From: Octopus bimaculoides
Taxonomy: Eukaryota
Assembly (NCBI RefSeq): GCF_001194135.2
Contig: NC_068988.1
Span: 60,053,600-60,116,301, forward strand
Reading direction: 5' to 3'
Length of the DNA: 62,702 nucleotides
The notes beneath the pieces are model-generated. The model worked only from the letters and a program-made list of their open reading frames with translations. It was not told the origin of the DNA and did not search any database. Below are positions 38,959 to 53,723 of the stretch, in pieces. The position numbers and the translations under genes were made by a program. Numbering within the stretch: position 1 is the first letter of the stretch; every line of letters begins with the position of its first letter.

Positions 38959-39624
38959 GATCTAGTTCAAAACGGGGGCACCAGTTTTCATTTATGTTTT
39001 ATGTAGTGTTTTTGGTACCGAAAGACTTTCAAACTTCGTATACTTATCTATTTTGTGTTATAGAACAGAAAAAAAAATTGTATTCGAATTAATTCATGTA
39101 AAAAAATTGTCTTATTTCGATAATTTCAACCAATCACTGACAAGTATTCAACTGTTTACAGTTACTCCTTTGGCAGTTTAAGTGGTGTAAAGCGTATTTA
39201 ATCTCCATTACTTCTGACATTTTGCAGAGAGGCAACACACGTGTGTTCGTTTTCCCTAACCCTAATTGACTTGCTCCTTCCCTCAAAAACCAGGCCTTGT
39301 GCCTATAATAGAAAGGTTTATTAGCTACTGCCAATATGCTTCAGCCATTTTTTGACAAGGAAATAATAATTTTATCACCGCCAGAATCGTTTGAGAATCG
39401 TTTGTTTACGTAGTCAGCACTTAATTTTTACGGCTGAATGGACGTCAGTCATTGGTTGAAATTACAGAAATACGACAACTTTAACATGAAATAAATTGCA
39501 ATATAATAATTTTTCTTAAGAAGACTAAGAGAAAAAGATGTTTTATATGACACATTCTACCAGTGTCCCAAGTTTCAAAGTGTTTCGTTAAGAAAATACT
39601 GGTGCCCCCGTTTTGAACTAGATC
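38959..39624. mobile_element. Non-autonomous DNA transposon / foldback element with long (about 180 bp) imperfect TIRs
   Basis: GATCTAGTTCAAAACGGGGGCACCAGT and ACTGGTGCCCCCGTTTTGAACTAGATC (27-bp perfect inverted match); inner ends AATTTCAACCAATCACTGAC and GTCAGTCATTGGTTGAAATT. Confidence 0.85.
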
Positions 39625-40889
39625 ATTTCCTTGTTGTTTGTATAGTGAGTCAGGATTTGAGCAGATTATAAGGGCCTGAGCAAAAGCTATTGTTATCAGA
39701 GCTAAGGTGTGATATTTCGAGAGCACTGTATTTCTTTTCGAAATATTGAATAAGAAGAGAGGAGTATGAGAGATGGTTTTCAAGGTGAAATTGTCTTTCA
39801 CTGTCTGTTCCCCGCTTCCCAGTAGATAATCTATCAAGTATGGAAATAACTCGTATCAGCATAATATGTAGATAGAATCACCAACTGCAAAAAGCTAAAA
39901 GAAGAAACAATTTTACACATATAACATGTGCAGATTCAACCGCTGCCGCCATCAATACTAATATTAACATCACCAATTTGCTGAAAACGATCAAAACCAC
40001 AAATCGAGCGTTACGGTTTCGTTGCTATGTTCTGCCAAGCACAGACAAACGTGAAGCTGTCAAATCGTAATTTAAAAATTTGAAGAAGTATGTTAAAAAT
40101 AAATTAAAACCGGTTGCCCTTAACAACCCAGAGGTTATTATAAAGAGCATAGTCAGTATAACAATAATATAAGAAATCAATGGGAATAAAGAGTGGTAAG
40201 CTTGAACACGATTCACAACAACAAATTGAAAAGCGTCTAAGATCGGTCCGGGACACGAAAAACAACGCTGCAAGGGAGAAGCGATGTGGCACTGTAGAAA
40301 TTAGCATTGATACATAGGAGAAGGGATGAAACACTACAGTTTGATATCTGAAATTTAAAAAATGGTTCTGGTATCTATATAGCAGGCCCTTTGAGTTAGC
40401 GTGAATTAAATTTTCTGACATTCCCCAGAAATAGATATCTTCTAGTTGGCAGCGGTTTTGCAGGATATAGAGGACAAAACAAATATCCTACAGGCACAGA
40501 AACTACACAAAAAAAGCGATTGATTCAAGGCACAAAATTGTGAATGCAGATGGATCAATTAAGTCTAGACGCGGTCGTAGACATTATATCTTGGTTAGCT
40601 GGCACTATAATTCACGTGCAAGTTAAGTGCAGAGATCCGCGGTGCCACGGAGTGAGGACACAAATCATATGAAGTTCTTTTGCCTGTAGTAGCAAAACGG
40701 AGACTCGTAGACACCCACTTTTGCCGATAAAAATTGCAATGGCACTAGCAGAGGCAGGTGACCACAAAAGCTGCAGACACAACAGTAACAGCAAAAATTA
40801 CAAGGTATCTTTAGCAGTCGCAGCAACAACAAGAACAATAACAGTGTAAGAAACAGCAGCAAACAGAAGAGAAAATACACCAAAACTAA

Positions 40890-41135
40890 TGACTTGCAGA
40901 TTCCAGACAGCAGCAAAAAGAACAAGATCAGAATACGCAAGATCAACAACTACATTATCAACGGATTCAACAGCAAAATCTTCCCAAGACACTTCTTTTG
41001 TGAGACCAAGGAGAGGACAATGAAAAACCTAAATGGCAAAAAAAGCCAGATCTGGGAAATTAAAGAAAAACAATATCACAACTCAAATCTAGTTGATAAA
41101 ATCAAAGGTGCAAAAACCTTTGAGAAACTGTGAAA
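40890..41135 (+). mobile_element. Possible LINE ORF1-like remnant (A-rich)
   Basis: FPRHFFCETKERTM...DKIKGAKTFEKL weakly recalls the FPRFLVI...KSVKKL motif of I/Nimb-type ORF1. Confidence 0.3.
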
Positions 41136-42130
41136 AACGATCCCCAGCAGCTGCTACACCAGTACCGTCAACAATACCTAATCCATCACTAACATAACCA
41201 CCGTTATTATCACAAACACAATCCTTACAAGCAGAACCAAATTCATTAACACAACACTTAAATGACATTAACTACAGAGCAATAAATACGAAAAATGAAG
41301 AACTAACAAAACATATATACAACCCTACAGACAGAACACACCGCGATTCCATCGTACCCCCAAACAACACTCCAATACACATAAACCTTAACCAAGCAAC
41401 CAGAAACACAGCACACCACGAAAACCAAATATTCCGAAGGAGAAATATGTGCAAAAGAGTGTATAAGAACTGGTGGTGGGAGCACCCAGATATAGCCATG
41501 GGGAATGAACATCTATCCCCGCCTTTCGAACAAAATCCCTATAGAAAGCTCTTCTATTTCAATTCCGTAATCTAACATGGCCTTGCTCGGAATATGCAGT
41601 ATAAATGCACATGGCCTGGGGTCATCTTGGAGACAGGGCAACCTCAATAAACTCAGGTCGCTAAATTTATATTTGGTAGTTATCAGTGCAGTCAGACTCT
41701 CGGACCGACGAATTTCCATGCCCATTTCGGTGAAAATGAGATGTACCTATCTCTAAACCTCTCTGCCGATGTGGAATGAGGGGGGTGACTGCGGTATTGT
41801 TCCAGAGAGGTTTGAATTTGAAGACAAGGATTATATTCTGTGACACATAATAATAGTCGGTGGTTCTTCATGTGAGTAGTAGCGACATGGGTGCCTTCAG
41901 AATAGTGGCTCTTTATGCTTTGACAGGGGCAGGATTACCCGATTCCTTCAGACGTCTGGTAGTGCTAATAAGTGACTGAAACGTTTTCTTGGACGCTGTC
42001 TAATTTAGAAGTTTATTTCCGAACCATATGGCACCTTACAGACATGTTTTCTACTACAATCCGAGGCCGATCAAAATGTTCTGTGGGGATGTTTTAGAGG
42101 TAACTAACCGAAACACATCGAATGTATACG

Positions 42131-42174
<44 letters not shown>

Positions 42175-42750
42175 TGTGTGTGTGTGCGTGTTTGTGCCTC
42201 ATTTCTGCTTGACAACTGGCTCTTGTTTCTTTAGGTCTTCCAGCGGTTCGACAAATAAAGCGATAGAACAGGTACCAGGCTTAAGAACTTAAGTACTGCA
42301 ACCGATTTAAACGATCAAAACATTCAAGGCTCTGCATTATCATGCCTGAAACGCAATGATTAAAACAACTGACACCCAATATATCTGCTGTCCTCACGGC
42401 GTCTCTGTATTCGAAAATAAATTATCATCTAATCTTTATCTTACAAGACACATGTCAGCGCTTGTAAAAAACGAATGTTACATTATATTTATATACATAG
42501 AGATTTATAAATTTGTTTTGTTATTTTTAATTAACCTGGAGTTCCTACATATAATCATTAATATGTTGTATGAGACAATAAACAAACTTACATATAGACC
42601 AGTACCAGGTATTTTGAAGTGTGAATATTGGTTGATTAGCTCCTTAGATAGTTTTTCAAAAGAAGCTTTTGCACTCGTTGTGAGCCATGGCGAATATTCT
42701 CCATGAGCGTTGTATAAGGTACCTAAAATGAAAAAGAAAGCATATATTCA

Positions 42751-42879
<129 letters not shown>

Positions 42880-44676
42880 TAACTACATGAAGTACTATAG
42901 ATCTTTATCGAATGGAATTATAGAAACTAAAGCAACAATTTTAGAAAAATATTTATCATATGCAACATCTGATTATAAGACATTATATCTATTGTGTGTA
43001 TTCCCCTTTGAATGCGAACGCCGACATTTATGTGTATAGTAAAAAGGTGCATAGGTACACCTCCAATTATAGCAGGGCGTTTAAGGAATTTGTTTCGCCC
43101 TCATGCGGTTCTACTTTCTTTACTATGTTTCGTCATGTATTCACAATCCAGCAATTACTGGTTTCACGCTACTGTATAATACACTAGCTGGTGTTTCGCA
43201 ATTATGTAGTTATAGGCTCGATCTCAGTTTGGTCTTTTTGGAAAGTGTGTCTCTTAATTATTACGTCAGGTCGACCCAAACGTTGTGAAAATATATTTTA
43301 GACAGAAACTGGTGTTGAAGCTGGTCTCATGGATTTGTAATTCAAACTGATAGAGTTCTCAAATATTGTGCTACGGTGTATCTGATAGACGGTTGCGTAA
43401 CTGCCACATACGCTGACTCATTTCAAGCGGATATTCTCTCTCTCAAAGTACGTATATAAAATTGGTGCAGGTTTGAAGATTTAAGATTTTTCCCTTCAGG
43501 AACAGAATATCACGTGTCCTGTTACCACTACGCAGCATTCTGGAAATGTATTTTCTATCAAAGCAGAATTTTGCCAGGCACAGAGGAGACGATAGCTTTG
43601 AAACATCAGCAGTTGGATTACATGTAATTCCTAAAACCAGCTCTTTAACACGCGATGTGTCATGTTGAGCATTTCCTGGAGAATGCCTTAAGAATATCAT
43701 CTCAGTCGAATAACTTGTGATTTACGAACTAAAAGGAAATTGAAAGTATCTGGAATTCTCATAAAATATTACTGTTGCTACTAAGTGATTACAAATGCTT
43801 GTGCAATACGCAGTGGTTAAATTGACAATACGACATGAACTTTACCTGTAGCACAAAAGATCAACTGCGTAATGCTGCTTCTGCCTTAGAAATAAGCTAA
43901 TATCTCAAATATTAATACCGTGGTAGTAGAGACGGACTATTAGAGTTAGATACAGAAATCTTATCAAATTCTGACGATGAACTGTCTTCACTTATCCTTC
44001 GGTTTCTACTCTATAACTTTCTACCGATTACATTTTTTTTCTTTGTATCTCTTTAATTCTTTCTTTCACTCTGTCACACTCTCTATTTCTTTCTCTCTCT
44101 CTCTTACTCTGTTACCTCTCTCTCTCTCTCTCTCTCTCTTGCTCTGTTCTCTTTCTGTCTCTCACACACTCATAGCTGCCCGTCCACGCAATCACGCACA
44201 CACACATTTTCATCCAACAATTATATATTATATGGTGATTGTCGTCTCCTTAAAGTAGGTGTCTACTAAGAACCTACAATACTGCTATTTTTACGCCAGA
44301 AAGACCTCTCCTCCAGTTGGTTATTTGATGTGCTTTCGTATAGGTAGAGAACTTCTACAATTCTACTACCGAGACCACCAGATCATGTGATTTTGATCTT
44401 ATTGGATCACTTCAGTAGTGCACACTCATTTTCCTGGAATGGCATTACACCGACCTAACGTCCAGTTATATATTGGAACACAAAGATCTACATTTAAAGA
44501 TTCGCATTCAAAAGTTCCATTTTCAGACAATAAGTCTTGGGCTTCAAATGTAATGACGGTTTGAAAATAGTATTTTTTTCTTGTACCAAGTCTAAATTTA
44601 TATGTATTCATAAACCATTTAATCATCATGATCTACGAATATACATATACATACATCTATATATATATATATATAC

Positions 44677-44707
<31 letters not shown>

Positions 44708-44919
44708 TGTATGTCATTGTTCAATTTTATTTCAAGATTTCTTGCCAATAAATAAAGACTGTTCTTTTAAACAAGATCCAAAGTTCCTTAATTGGAATAT
44801 CAATAGCAACAGCAAGTTATTTTTGTTTGTATGTATGCATGTATATGCGCATATTGTTATGTTTTGTTTTATGTATGTATTCTCATGCATATAGTTGCAC
44901 ATCTAGAAATGCTCATATA

Positions 44920-45385
44920 TATTTAAAAGATAAACGTCTAGAAAGTTTTACACATTTTTACAGTTCCAGTGAGGGATTGGATCTGTAATCTTCGAACTAG
45001 CTTTCTCCTTTCAGATTGTGAGAAGCCTAATTTCTCATGATTGGTATTTAGGCAGTGTGTTACATATCCCGGGGACCCAGTATTTACAGGTATAAAGGTG
45101 ACTTGTAATCTGGTTAGTGCAACTGCAGATTTCTCAGTAGTTCAGCGTAAGTATTCGCTTCTTCACTGATCTTCAACTTTATGTTAACATCCACTGGGCA
45201 GCTAATTTCCGCAATCGTACACAGTTTCTCTTCTCTAACCCAGATCATTGCATCAGGGCTGTTGTACTTTCATTTTATTGAGGTCTTCACTGGGACATTC
45301 TACCAGTACTCGTTATGGGTGATTACGTATTCAACCATACTGTGGGTTCTTATTTTTGCCTTCGATGTCATAATCAATCCTTTTG
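44920..45385 (-). mobile_element. R4/Dong-like LINE, restriction-like endonuclease 3-prime fragment
   Basis: EYW*NVPVKTSIK*KYNSPDAMIWVREEKLCTIAEISCPVDVNIKLKISEEANTYAELLRNLQ (PD...E RLE motif). Confidence 0.8.
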
Positions 45386-45480
45386 ATGGATTATGTATGT
45401 ATGTATGTATGTATGTATGTATGCATGTATGTATGTAGAAATAATTCTGTGTACATGTTTGCTTTAATATCTACACCCAG

Positions 45481-45640
45481 AGAGGCGGTGAGCTATCAGA
45501 AAGGTTAGCACGCCAGGACAAATGCTTATGGGAATTTCGCCTGTCTCTACACTCTGAGTACAAATTAGATCAAGTCCTCTTTGCCTTACATCCTTTAATG
45601 GTCGATAAATTATTGACAAGTTAAGCACTCGTAATCGACT
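45481..45640 (+). mobile_element. tRNA-derived SINE family B, 5-prime part
   Basis: AGAGGCGGTGAGCT...GTTAGCACGCC...CTGAGTACAAATT...TTTGCCTTACATCC...GGTCGATAAATT. Confidence 0.65.
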
Positions 45641-47081
45641 TTTTCTCTCTGTCGGGATTGCTGGTCTGTTGCAAAAATTTGAAAGGATTATATATGTTCA
45701 GCATTATATAATAATATTGTATACTCAGATATTAATGCAAATAGAAGTAGCGCGCTCACAGAAACGCACGCACTTTACATATNNNNNNNNNNNNNNNNNN
45801 NNNNNNNNNNNNNNNNNNNNNNNNNNNNNNNNNNNNNNNNNNNNNNNNNNNNNNNNNNNNNNNNNNNNNNNNNNNNNNNNNNNNNNNNNNNNNNNNNNNN
45901 NNNNNNNNNNNNNNNNNNNNNNNNNNNNNNNNNNNNNNNNNNNNNNNNNNNNNNNNNNNNNNNNNNNNNNNNNNNNNNNNNNNNNNNNNNNNNNNNNNNN
46001 NNNNNNNNNNNNNNNNNNNNNNNNNNNNNNNNNNNNNNNNNNNNNNNNNNNNNNNNNNNNNNNNNNNNNNNNNNNNNNNNNNNNNNNNNNNNNNNNNNNN
46101 NNNNNNNNNNNNNNNNNNNNNNNNNNNNNNNNNNNNNNNNNNNNNNNNNNNNNNNNNNNNNNNNNNNNNNNNNNNNNNNNNNNNNNNNNNNNNNNNNNNN
46201 NNNNNNNNATATATATATATATATATATATAAGAATGCTCTTGCATATTCACCAAGCGGGTAACAGTAGGTAATTAAATGATCAATATACAAGAGTTCAA
46301 TTTACATTAACATGAAACTGCACAGTTACAAACGTAATACTGAATTAACTTAAATATATTGTTTATGGTATACATTACCATCGTTATCAAAGGCATGCAT
46401 CAATTCATGACCCAGTATAGTACCAAGGCCGCCAAAATTTAATGACCTGTAAGATAAAAAAAAACAAAGAATAGAAATTAATTTTATACAGTTGGGGTCC
46501 TCTTGACAATATTTTAAATTATGATAAATGAAGTATCCTCAGTTTCTTTAAAATAGACTATAGCCCGTCAATCTTATTCAAACAGCTCTTCATTTTTGTT
46601 TACTTTGTTTCTACAGACAAATGGAATTCTACATCAATATTTGTCCACTAGTGCAGGTTTGTGGAACTAGTTCGATTTTGCAGATTTCATTGAAGTATAG
46701 ACTAAATTTGGTGGACTGGATAGTGACAAATGTTCTTTGAAATCCTACACATTTTATCGGATCAATTAATAAAAGGGATATATGTAACGAGAGAGAGAGA
46801 TATGTCATTTAGCTTGGATTTAATGCACAAAGTGAATGAGAAATAGCTTACGCTATTTAGTGCATGCTGTCACACTATTGTTTATTGTAGATTGACATAA
46901 GAATTTTTAAGATGCTATCCATGTATGATGTATGTATGTATGTATGTTCAGGAGCACCACAAGATGCTCCTGAACCAGTCATTATGTGTTCCACCTGTAA
47001 GAGAACGATGCTAAATATGTTGAAACAATTGTCGTGATTAATAATAAATGCTCGTATATTCTATCTTCCGTCTTTCATTTA

Positions 47082-47206
47082 CCAGGGTGTATGAAGAATT
47101 TTGACCCTTGAAGTCCTTTGAGCCTTGAAATCTTGTATCTTCATGAGAAGTCTTGTACCAGGTTTTGTTTTTGTTTTGAAGCTCAAGACTTTTCATACAC
47201 CCCTCG
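47082..47206. mobile_element. Short mariner-like MITE
   Basis: TA-CCAGGGTGTATGAAGAA on the left and TTTTCATACACCCCTCG-TA on the right. Confidence 0.65.
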
Positions 47207-47241
47207 TATATATATACATACATATATATACATATATACAT

Positions 47242-47296
<55 letters not shown>

Positions 47297-47437
47297 TATA
47301 TACATATACATATATATATACATATACATATACATATACATATATATATATACATATACATACATATATATTTGTATGTATATATGCATATAGTTGCACA
47401 TATACATACATATGTGTGTGTGTGTGTGTGTGTGTGC

Positions 47438-47470
<33 letters not shown>

Positions 47471-47749
47471 TGTGTGTGTGTGTGTGTGTGTATACATGCC
47501 GGGTTCAGAGCAGTTTAAAATGGAGCGGTAGTATAATTGATATTCTTTTTATAGAGAATAAATTGTATGTATGTTGTTATGTCATGAACTTGATATCCAA
47601 TTATGTGTTAATATTCGAGGTCGATAAAATACATTTTTATTAAGATATTGAACTCAGGTTTCCGACTAATCCTTCCACAAAAAATTACTGTCCTGCGCCT
47701 ACATTCTAAATTATTATTATTCATAGTGCTAGTCGTAGTCGTCGTTTTC

Positions 47750-47790
<41 letters not shown>

Positions 47791-48617
47791 TGTTGTTGTT
47801 GTTGTTTTTTTTGTTTTTGCTAACGTTGCTGTTGGTGTTGTTTCAGTGCACAGCCATAGTACAGTTAATTATCATTGGTTTATTTATATGTTTTGCATAG
47901 ATAGACAACCTATTTTCTTTCTGCTGCATACGAACTTCCTGTTTATTCACATTTCTGTCCTTGTGTGTAAGTTTGGATGTGACAGAGTAGCTACAAGGCA
48001 AATAAACATGCTAAAATGGTGTTAATGCTCCTGCCACCTACTGCCGTTAATATTTTTCTTTTTCTGCGTGTCTACGGAATAGTTGGTTGCTGTTTACATT
48101 AGAAGTTTTAATAAATCTTATGCTTCTACTCACATAGGGGAATGTATGTTGAAAAAAGGATTTCTTAGTATTCCTGCTGGTATAGCTATAAAATATATAT
48201 GAAAAAATAAACGTATGATACAAATCATTTTATTGACAAAAAATTCAAACATTATTTAAACAAATTGTGATATATATCCGCTGCAGCAAAATTGTAAAGC
48301 AGAAGTGAATGTGGGATAAATAATTGAGTATGTATATAACCGAGAAGATAAGCAAACAATTTCGCAGCAAGCAGTGTACATCTATTTAACAGGCTATAAT
48401 ATCAATTCACATTTCCTCTGACTTTAGTTAACTATACACCAAATCCAATGGTGTTTCATTTCAACATTTTATGATTTTTCATGTTTTTCTACTAAGCCAC
48501 ATGTTGGATTTGGTAAAAAAAAAAAAATAATAAAAGAATGTAGAGAAGCTGGTCATATTAATCGAAGAGATTGCTGGTTGAAAGAAGAAAAAATCATTAA
48601 TAAGTATATGCATATAT

Positions 48618-48657
<40 letters not shown>

Positions 48658-48662
<5 letters not shown>

Positions 48663-48975
48663 TGCAAGAGTAGCTGTGTGGTAAAAAGCTTGCTTCCAAA
48701 CCACTATAGCCTCGGGTTGACTAACGCTTTGTGAAAGATGCCTGCCGTGTGCGTGTGTGTGTGAGTGTGTGTGTGTATGCATGTATGTATTTGTGTATTT
48801 GTATTTATCTCCCCACCATCGCTTGACAACCCATGTTGACTTGTTTACGTCAGCAAAAGAAATCGATAGAATAAGTACTAGGTTTACAAAGAATAAGGAC
48901 AGGGATCGATTTGTTCGACTAAAGGCGATGCTCTATTATGGCCGCTGTCAAATGACTGAAACAAGTAAAACAAAT
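48658..48975 (+). mobile_element. SINE family A
   Basis: Head GAGTAGCTGTGTGGTAA and tail GTCAAATGACTGAAACAAGTAAAA, as at 5385. Confidence 0.75.
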
Positions 48976-49052
48976 AGAAATATATATGTATATATAATAC
49001 ATCCATCCATCCATCCATACACACACAAACACACACACACATATATATATAT

Positions 49053-49107
<55 letters not shown>

Positions 49108-49282
49108 TATATATATATATATAATGTTTGAAAATGAGGATATTGTTATATTTCGGGATGGTTGTTATATTTTTCCGAATTACCACAAGCACTAGGTTCG
49201 CGTCTTCACTTTATAATAATAATAATAATAATAATAACGACAACAACAACAATAATAATTAGTATTATCGTTGTTATTATCA

Positions 49283-49317
<35 letters not shown>

Positions 49318-49599
49318 CATTATTTCAGGTTCCGTTGTCGTTCGTCACACACCTTGTGACCACTTCCGTCACCCACCCTGTGATTTCTTATGAGACACTC
49401 CAGCTAACGTGTCTACTCTTGCCCTATTTAATCCATTGCACTATACGGGACAGAAACAGACGCATGTCATGGACAGTTGCTGCAGATGTCACAGGATGAA
49501 TGACGAAGGATTTTAAAACGAAGGACACTAAAATATGAAACAAAAAAAATACTAATAATTTTAATGGTTGACAGCCTTGTCATAGGGAAGCAGTTTTGG

Positions 49600-49745
49600 G
49601 GGAGGGAGTAAATCATTTGTATCCACTCCAATACTTAGCCAATATGACCCGAAAGGGTGAAAAGCAAAGTTGACCTCAGCGGAATTTGAACTCAGAAAGT
49701 GAAGACGGACGAAATGCCGGCTAGCATTTCACCCAGCGTCCTATA
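49600..49745 (-). mobile_element. SINE family B fragment
   Basis: GACCCGAAAGGGTGAAAAGCAAAGTTGACCTCAGCGGAATTTGAACTCAGAA...GAAATGCCGGCTAGCATTT. Confidence 0.75.
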
Positions 49746-49789
49746 TATGTATTTATTTATGTCCCTTTCAGTTGCCACCAGAATAATAA

Positions 49790-49827
<38 letters not shown>

Positions 49828-50089
49828 GTTGTCTCTTGAGGTCTCTGGGTGAGACTTGGATCCAACTTGTACAAATGCATAGCAAAAGTCAAACATGAAA
49901 TAATAATAATAACAATACAGAGAGAGACATGGTGTTGGGGTTTAGATATAATAATGAAATGATAAAAAAAAAAGAAAGTATACACGGTGGAGAGGATAAT
50001 AGAGATATGGCCCTCGGCCTTCCTGGTACAGGAGCGCCTCTAGGGATAATCGAGGAACCTCACTGTTTGAGATTTCCCTGAAACCCTAT

Positions 50090-50260
50090 GAGCAAGTGCC
50101 CTCTCCAATTCGTTCTTGGCAACTCACCGGTCTACACTTAAAGAGTTGCCACTCACTTTTGCCATTTTCGCAACTTCCACTCACCTTTCGATAAATTCAC
50201 ACGAGTGCAACACCTCCTTCTCCACTCTCAATTTCCTTTTCAAGTGAACTGGAAACTATG
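50090..50260 (-). mobile_element. L1/Tx1-type LINE 3-prime fragment
   Basis: FQFHLKRKLRVEKEVLHSCEFIER*VEVAKMAKV; same family as 35300-36260. Confidence 0.6.
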
Positions 50261-50504
50261 TGGCTAAGAAGCAAGCTTCTTACCACGCAGCCACACATAT
50301 ACATGTCCGGGCAATGAAGTGCAAAGCATGGCGAATACTTTTCTATAGAAAGTATTGAAGTTTGGTTACATGAAACACGGAGAAATCTGAGAAATTTCTC
50401 AGCTTCCAGATAACTAAGGAAAGATATCGCATTTTAACCTGTCTGTGTGCCTCTGTCCATATCTCTCTCTCTCATTCTCTCCCTTACTCTCTCTTTCTCT
50501 CTCT

Positions 50505-50589
<85 letters not shown>

Positions 50590-50967
50590 GATGTATGCAT
50601 GCATGGACGTATGTTTGTATGTATGTATGTATGTAAGTATCCATTGACATTTGGCCACTTTCGATTGGCAGACTGTTTTTGGCATCGACATGGGCTTGTG
50701 TGTTTATATCAATTGTTTACATAGTGAAAGCGACAGAAATTTAGTGGTGAGGTTTAACAAGTGGAAACGGATGAAGTTATGCTACGTACTGTAAACCATT
50801 TACAGCTGGTGCATGTAAAACAATTATACATGCATTACATACATTCATCGTTATATATGTGTTTACCTACATATCTGCACATATGGTTACGTATTCACAT
50901 ACACATCATCTTTCTCTCACTCAGATATATATATATAGGTATTCATATACACATACACAAACACACA

Positions 50968-51011
<44 letters not shown>

Positions 51012-52254
51012 TCTATATACACGCGCACGCAATCACACACACACACACGCACACACACATGTATATGTGTCTGTGTTTAAGTATGTGTGTATCGTTTATC
51101 TATTGCTGCGTGCATATGTTGAGCGTCACGTCATTAATGGATCAATAGATACAAGAGATATAATATACATTTCATTGAAACTGATTAATTTCCAAGTTAT
51201 CGTCTATTTATATTTAAAGGATTCCGGCGTCAAATTGAGCATTACATTATTTGTAAACTTTTTTTTAAATGATTTCCGATTGATAGGGTATAGTTTATTC
51301 TATGTAGTTTATTTTATGTAGTTTATTTATTGACATTATTACAATTATATATTGCATGTGAGACTGCGATTGAAAACTAGTCCATTTTGTGGCAAGCAAT
51401 TTCATGGAAATAATTTGACATGAAACACAAATGCACTTAAACGAAGAGAGATGAAACAGAAAATACGAGCGAGTAGAAAATTTGTTTGTTTTGGTAAGTT
51501 CTAATTAAATAACATTTTATATATGGATCTCTCTCTGATGTTTCCATTTTCTAGCACATGATCAGTGAACAACAGCAGTGAAAACATTGCATTGTTCTTT
51601 TATGAACTTTACACACCGTGATCAAACCACGTCGGCGATTTGAACTGAAGAGTCGGCAATATAAAAAGGACATTAAATAATCAAGTACTGGAGTCATTAT
51701 TATCGAGTGCTCACTATGATAATATTTTGCCTTGTGACTATTTTGTTAATCGAATAGAGAATTTCATTTGCTGTTTTCCCGTGACTGACGTTTTGAGATA
51801 AAAAGAAATATGCTGTTTATATTGTATATAAAATATGTCAAGCGAACGGAAAATTAGTAACATATAGGCCAAAATATTTCATGGTATTTTATTCTATACC
51901 GAATCTCATAGTGCACTCAATATCTGTAAATGTAATAGCATTAGCTTCAGTATTCGAATTGATCTGTTCATGACTCGTTTCGTGGAGGTGGCAAGAATAA
52001 GTTGTAATCATCAAGGAGATGGGCAATTAGACACAACCTAAACAAGTAGCATCTAAAACTTACAAATGTGTAGGTCATTGCTGCGTCAAACATACCAGAG
52101 GCTTAGGAAAATTGGTGAAGCTATCGCTATTGCTATCAAGTATTATATTAACGCTAATATTATTTGTATTTGTTGGAAAATTTTCTTCATACTATGCAGG
52201 GGCACCTCATTCAATTTTCGGTTGAACGAATCGACCCTAGTATTCCTTTTTTAA

Positions 52255-52370
52255 GCTTGGTACCTATTCCGTCGATTCATATCACCGAACTACTAGGTTA
52301 AGGCGATGTAAACAGAATAATACTAGTTGTCTAGTGGTGACCGGAGGACAAACACAGAGACACACACATA
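52255..52370 (-). mobile_element. SINE family A, central fragment
   Basis: Reverse complement of the internal region (GGTACCTATTCC...ACCGAACTACTAGGTTA...GGACAAACACAGAGACAC). Confidence 0.5.
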
Positions 52371-53723
52371 GGTGTATATATATATATATATATNNNNNNN
52401 NNNNNNNNNNNNNNNNNNNNNNNNNNNNNNNNNNNNNNNNNNNNNNNNNNNNNNNNNNNNNNNNNNNNNNNNNNNNNNNNNNNNNNNNNNNNNNNNNNNN
52501 NNNNNNNNNNNNNNNNNNNNNNNNNNNNNNNNNNNNNNNNNNNNNNNNNNNNNNNNNNNNNNNNNNNNNNNNNNNNNNNNNNNNNNNNNNNNNNNNNNNN
52601 NNNNNNNNNNNNNNNNNNNNNNNNNNNNNNNNNNNNNNNNNNNNNNNNNNNNNNNNNNNNNNNNNNNNNNNNNNNNNNNNNNNNNNNNNNNNNNNNNNNN
52701 NNNNNNNNNNNNNNNNNNNNNNNNNNNNNNNNNNNNNNNNNNNNNNNNNNNNNNNNNNNNNNNNNNNNNNNNNNNNNNNNNNNNNNNNNNNNNNNNNNNN
52801 NNNNNNNNNNNNNNNNNNNNNNNNNNNNNNNNNNNNNNNNNNNNNNNNNNNNNNNNNNNNNNNNNNNNNNNNNNNNNNNNNNNNNNNNNNNNNNNNNNNN
52901 NNNNNNNNNNNNNNNNNNNNNNNNNNNNNNNNNNNNNNNNNNNNNNNNNNNNNNNNNNNNNNNNNNNNNNNNNNNNNNNNNNNNNNNNNNNNNNNNNNNN
53001 NNNNNNNNNNNNNNNNNNNNNNNNNNNNNNNNNNNNNNNNNNNNNNNNNNNNNNNNNNNNNNNNNNNNNNNNNNNNNNNNNNNNNNNNNNNNNNNNNNNN
53101 NNNNNNNNAAAGGTGATACAGCACTCTTTTTGTAATAGATTTGTAAATGTTAGTTTATATCCAAGTGTTTTGCTTATCTACTGGTTTACTTGTTGCATTT
53201 GCTGATTGGCAATTATATTTCTGCCTCTTTGTCCCCTTATTTATGTATTTCGAAAAGAAAAACTAAAATACATTTAGTTAAAGTCTATAGAAAAATAGTA
53301 GAAGAATCTTGAATGAATAATTAAAATAAAAAGATAAACGCCTCATATTTACTAACCAATGCAGAAGCAATAATTATCGCAGCGAATCAACAAGTGCAAG
53401 AGGCAAAAATTAAATTACAAACTACCGCATTACATCATACACACTACAACGTATATGCACATAACTATTCACCTACTTATATATGTAGCAAGTATAAGGT
53501 GTAATGTAGCAAGTATTCCATAGCAAATAAGTTTATTATGTTAAAGCACCGACGATTCAGCAAATGCGCGCATACGCACACATACACTCATACACGCTCA
53601 CATACATACATATATATATATATNNNNNNNNNNNNNNNNNNNNNNNNNNNNNNNNNNNNNNNNNNNNNNNNNNNNNNNNNNNNNNNNNNNNNNNNNNNNN
53701 NNNNNNNNNNNNNNNNNNNNNNN

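Noticed and set aside
39254-39265. CCCTAACCCTAA telomere-like motif
   Set aside because: Only two units, internal to a MITE.
45015-45089. Apparent plus-strand 75-nt exon IVRSLISHDWYLGSVLHIPGTQYLQ with a strong acceptor
   Set aside because: It lies antisense within the R4/Dong-like endonuclease fragment.
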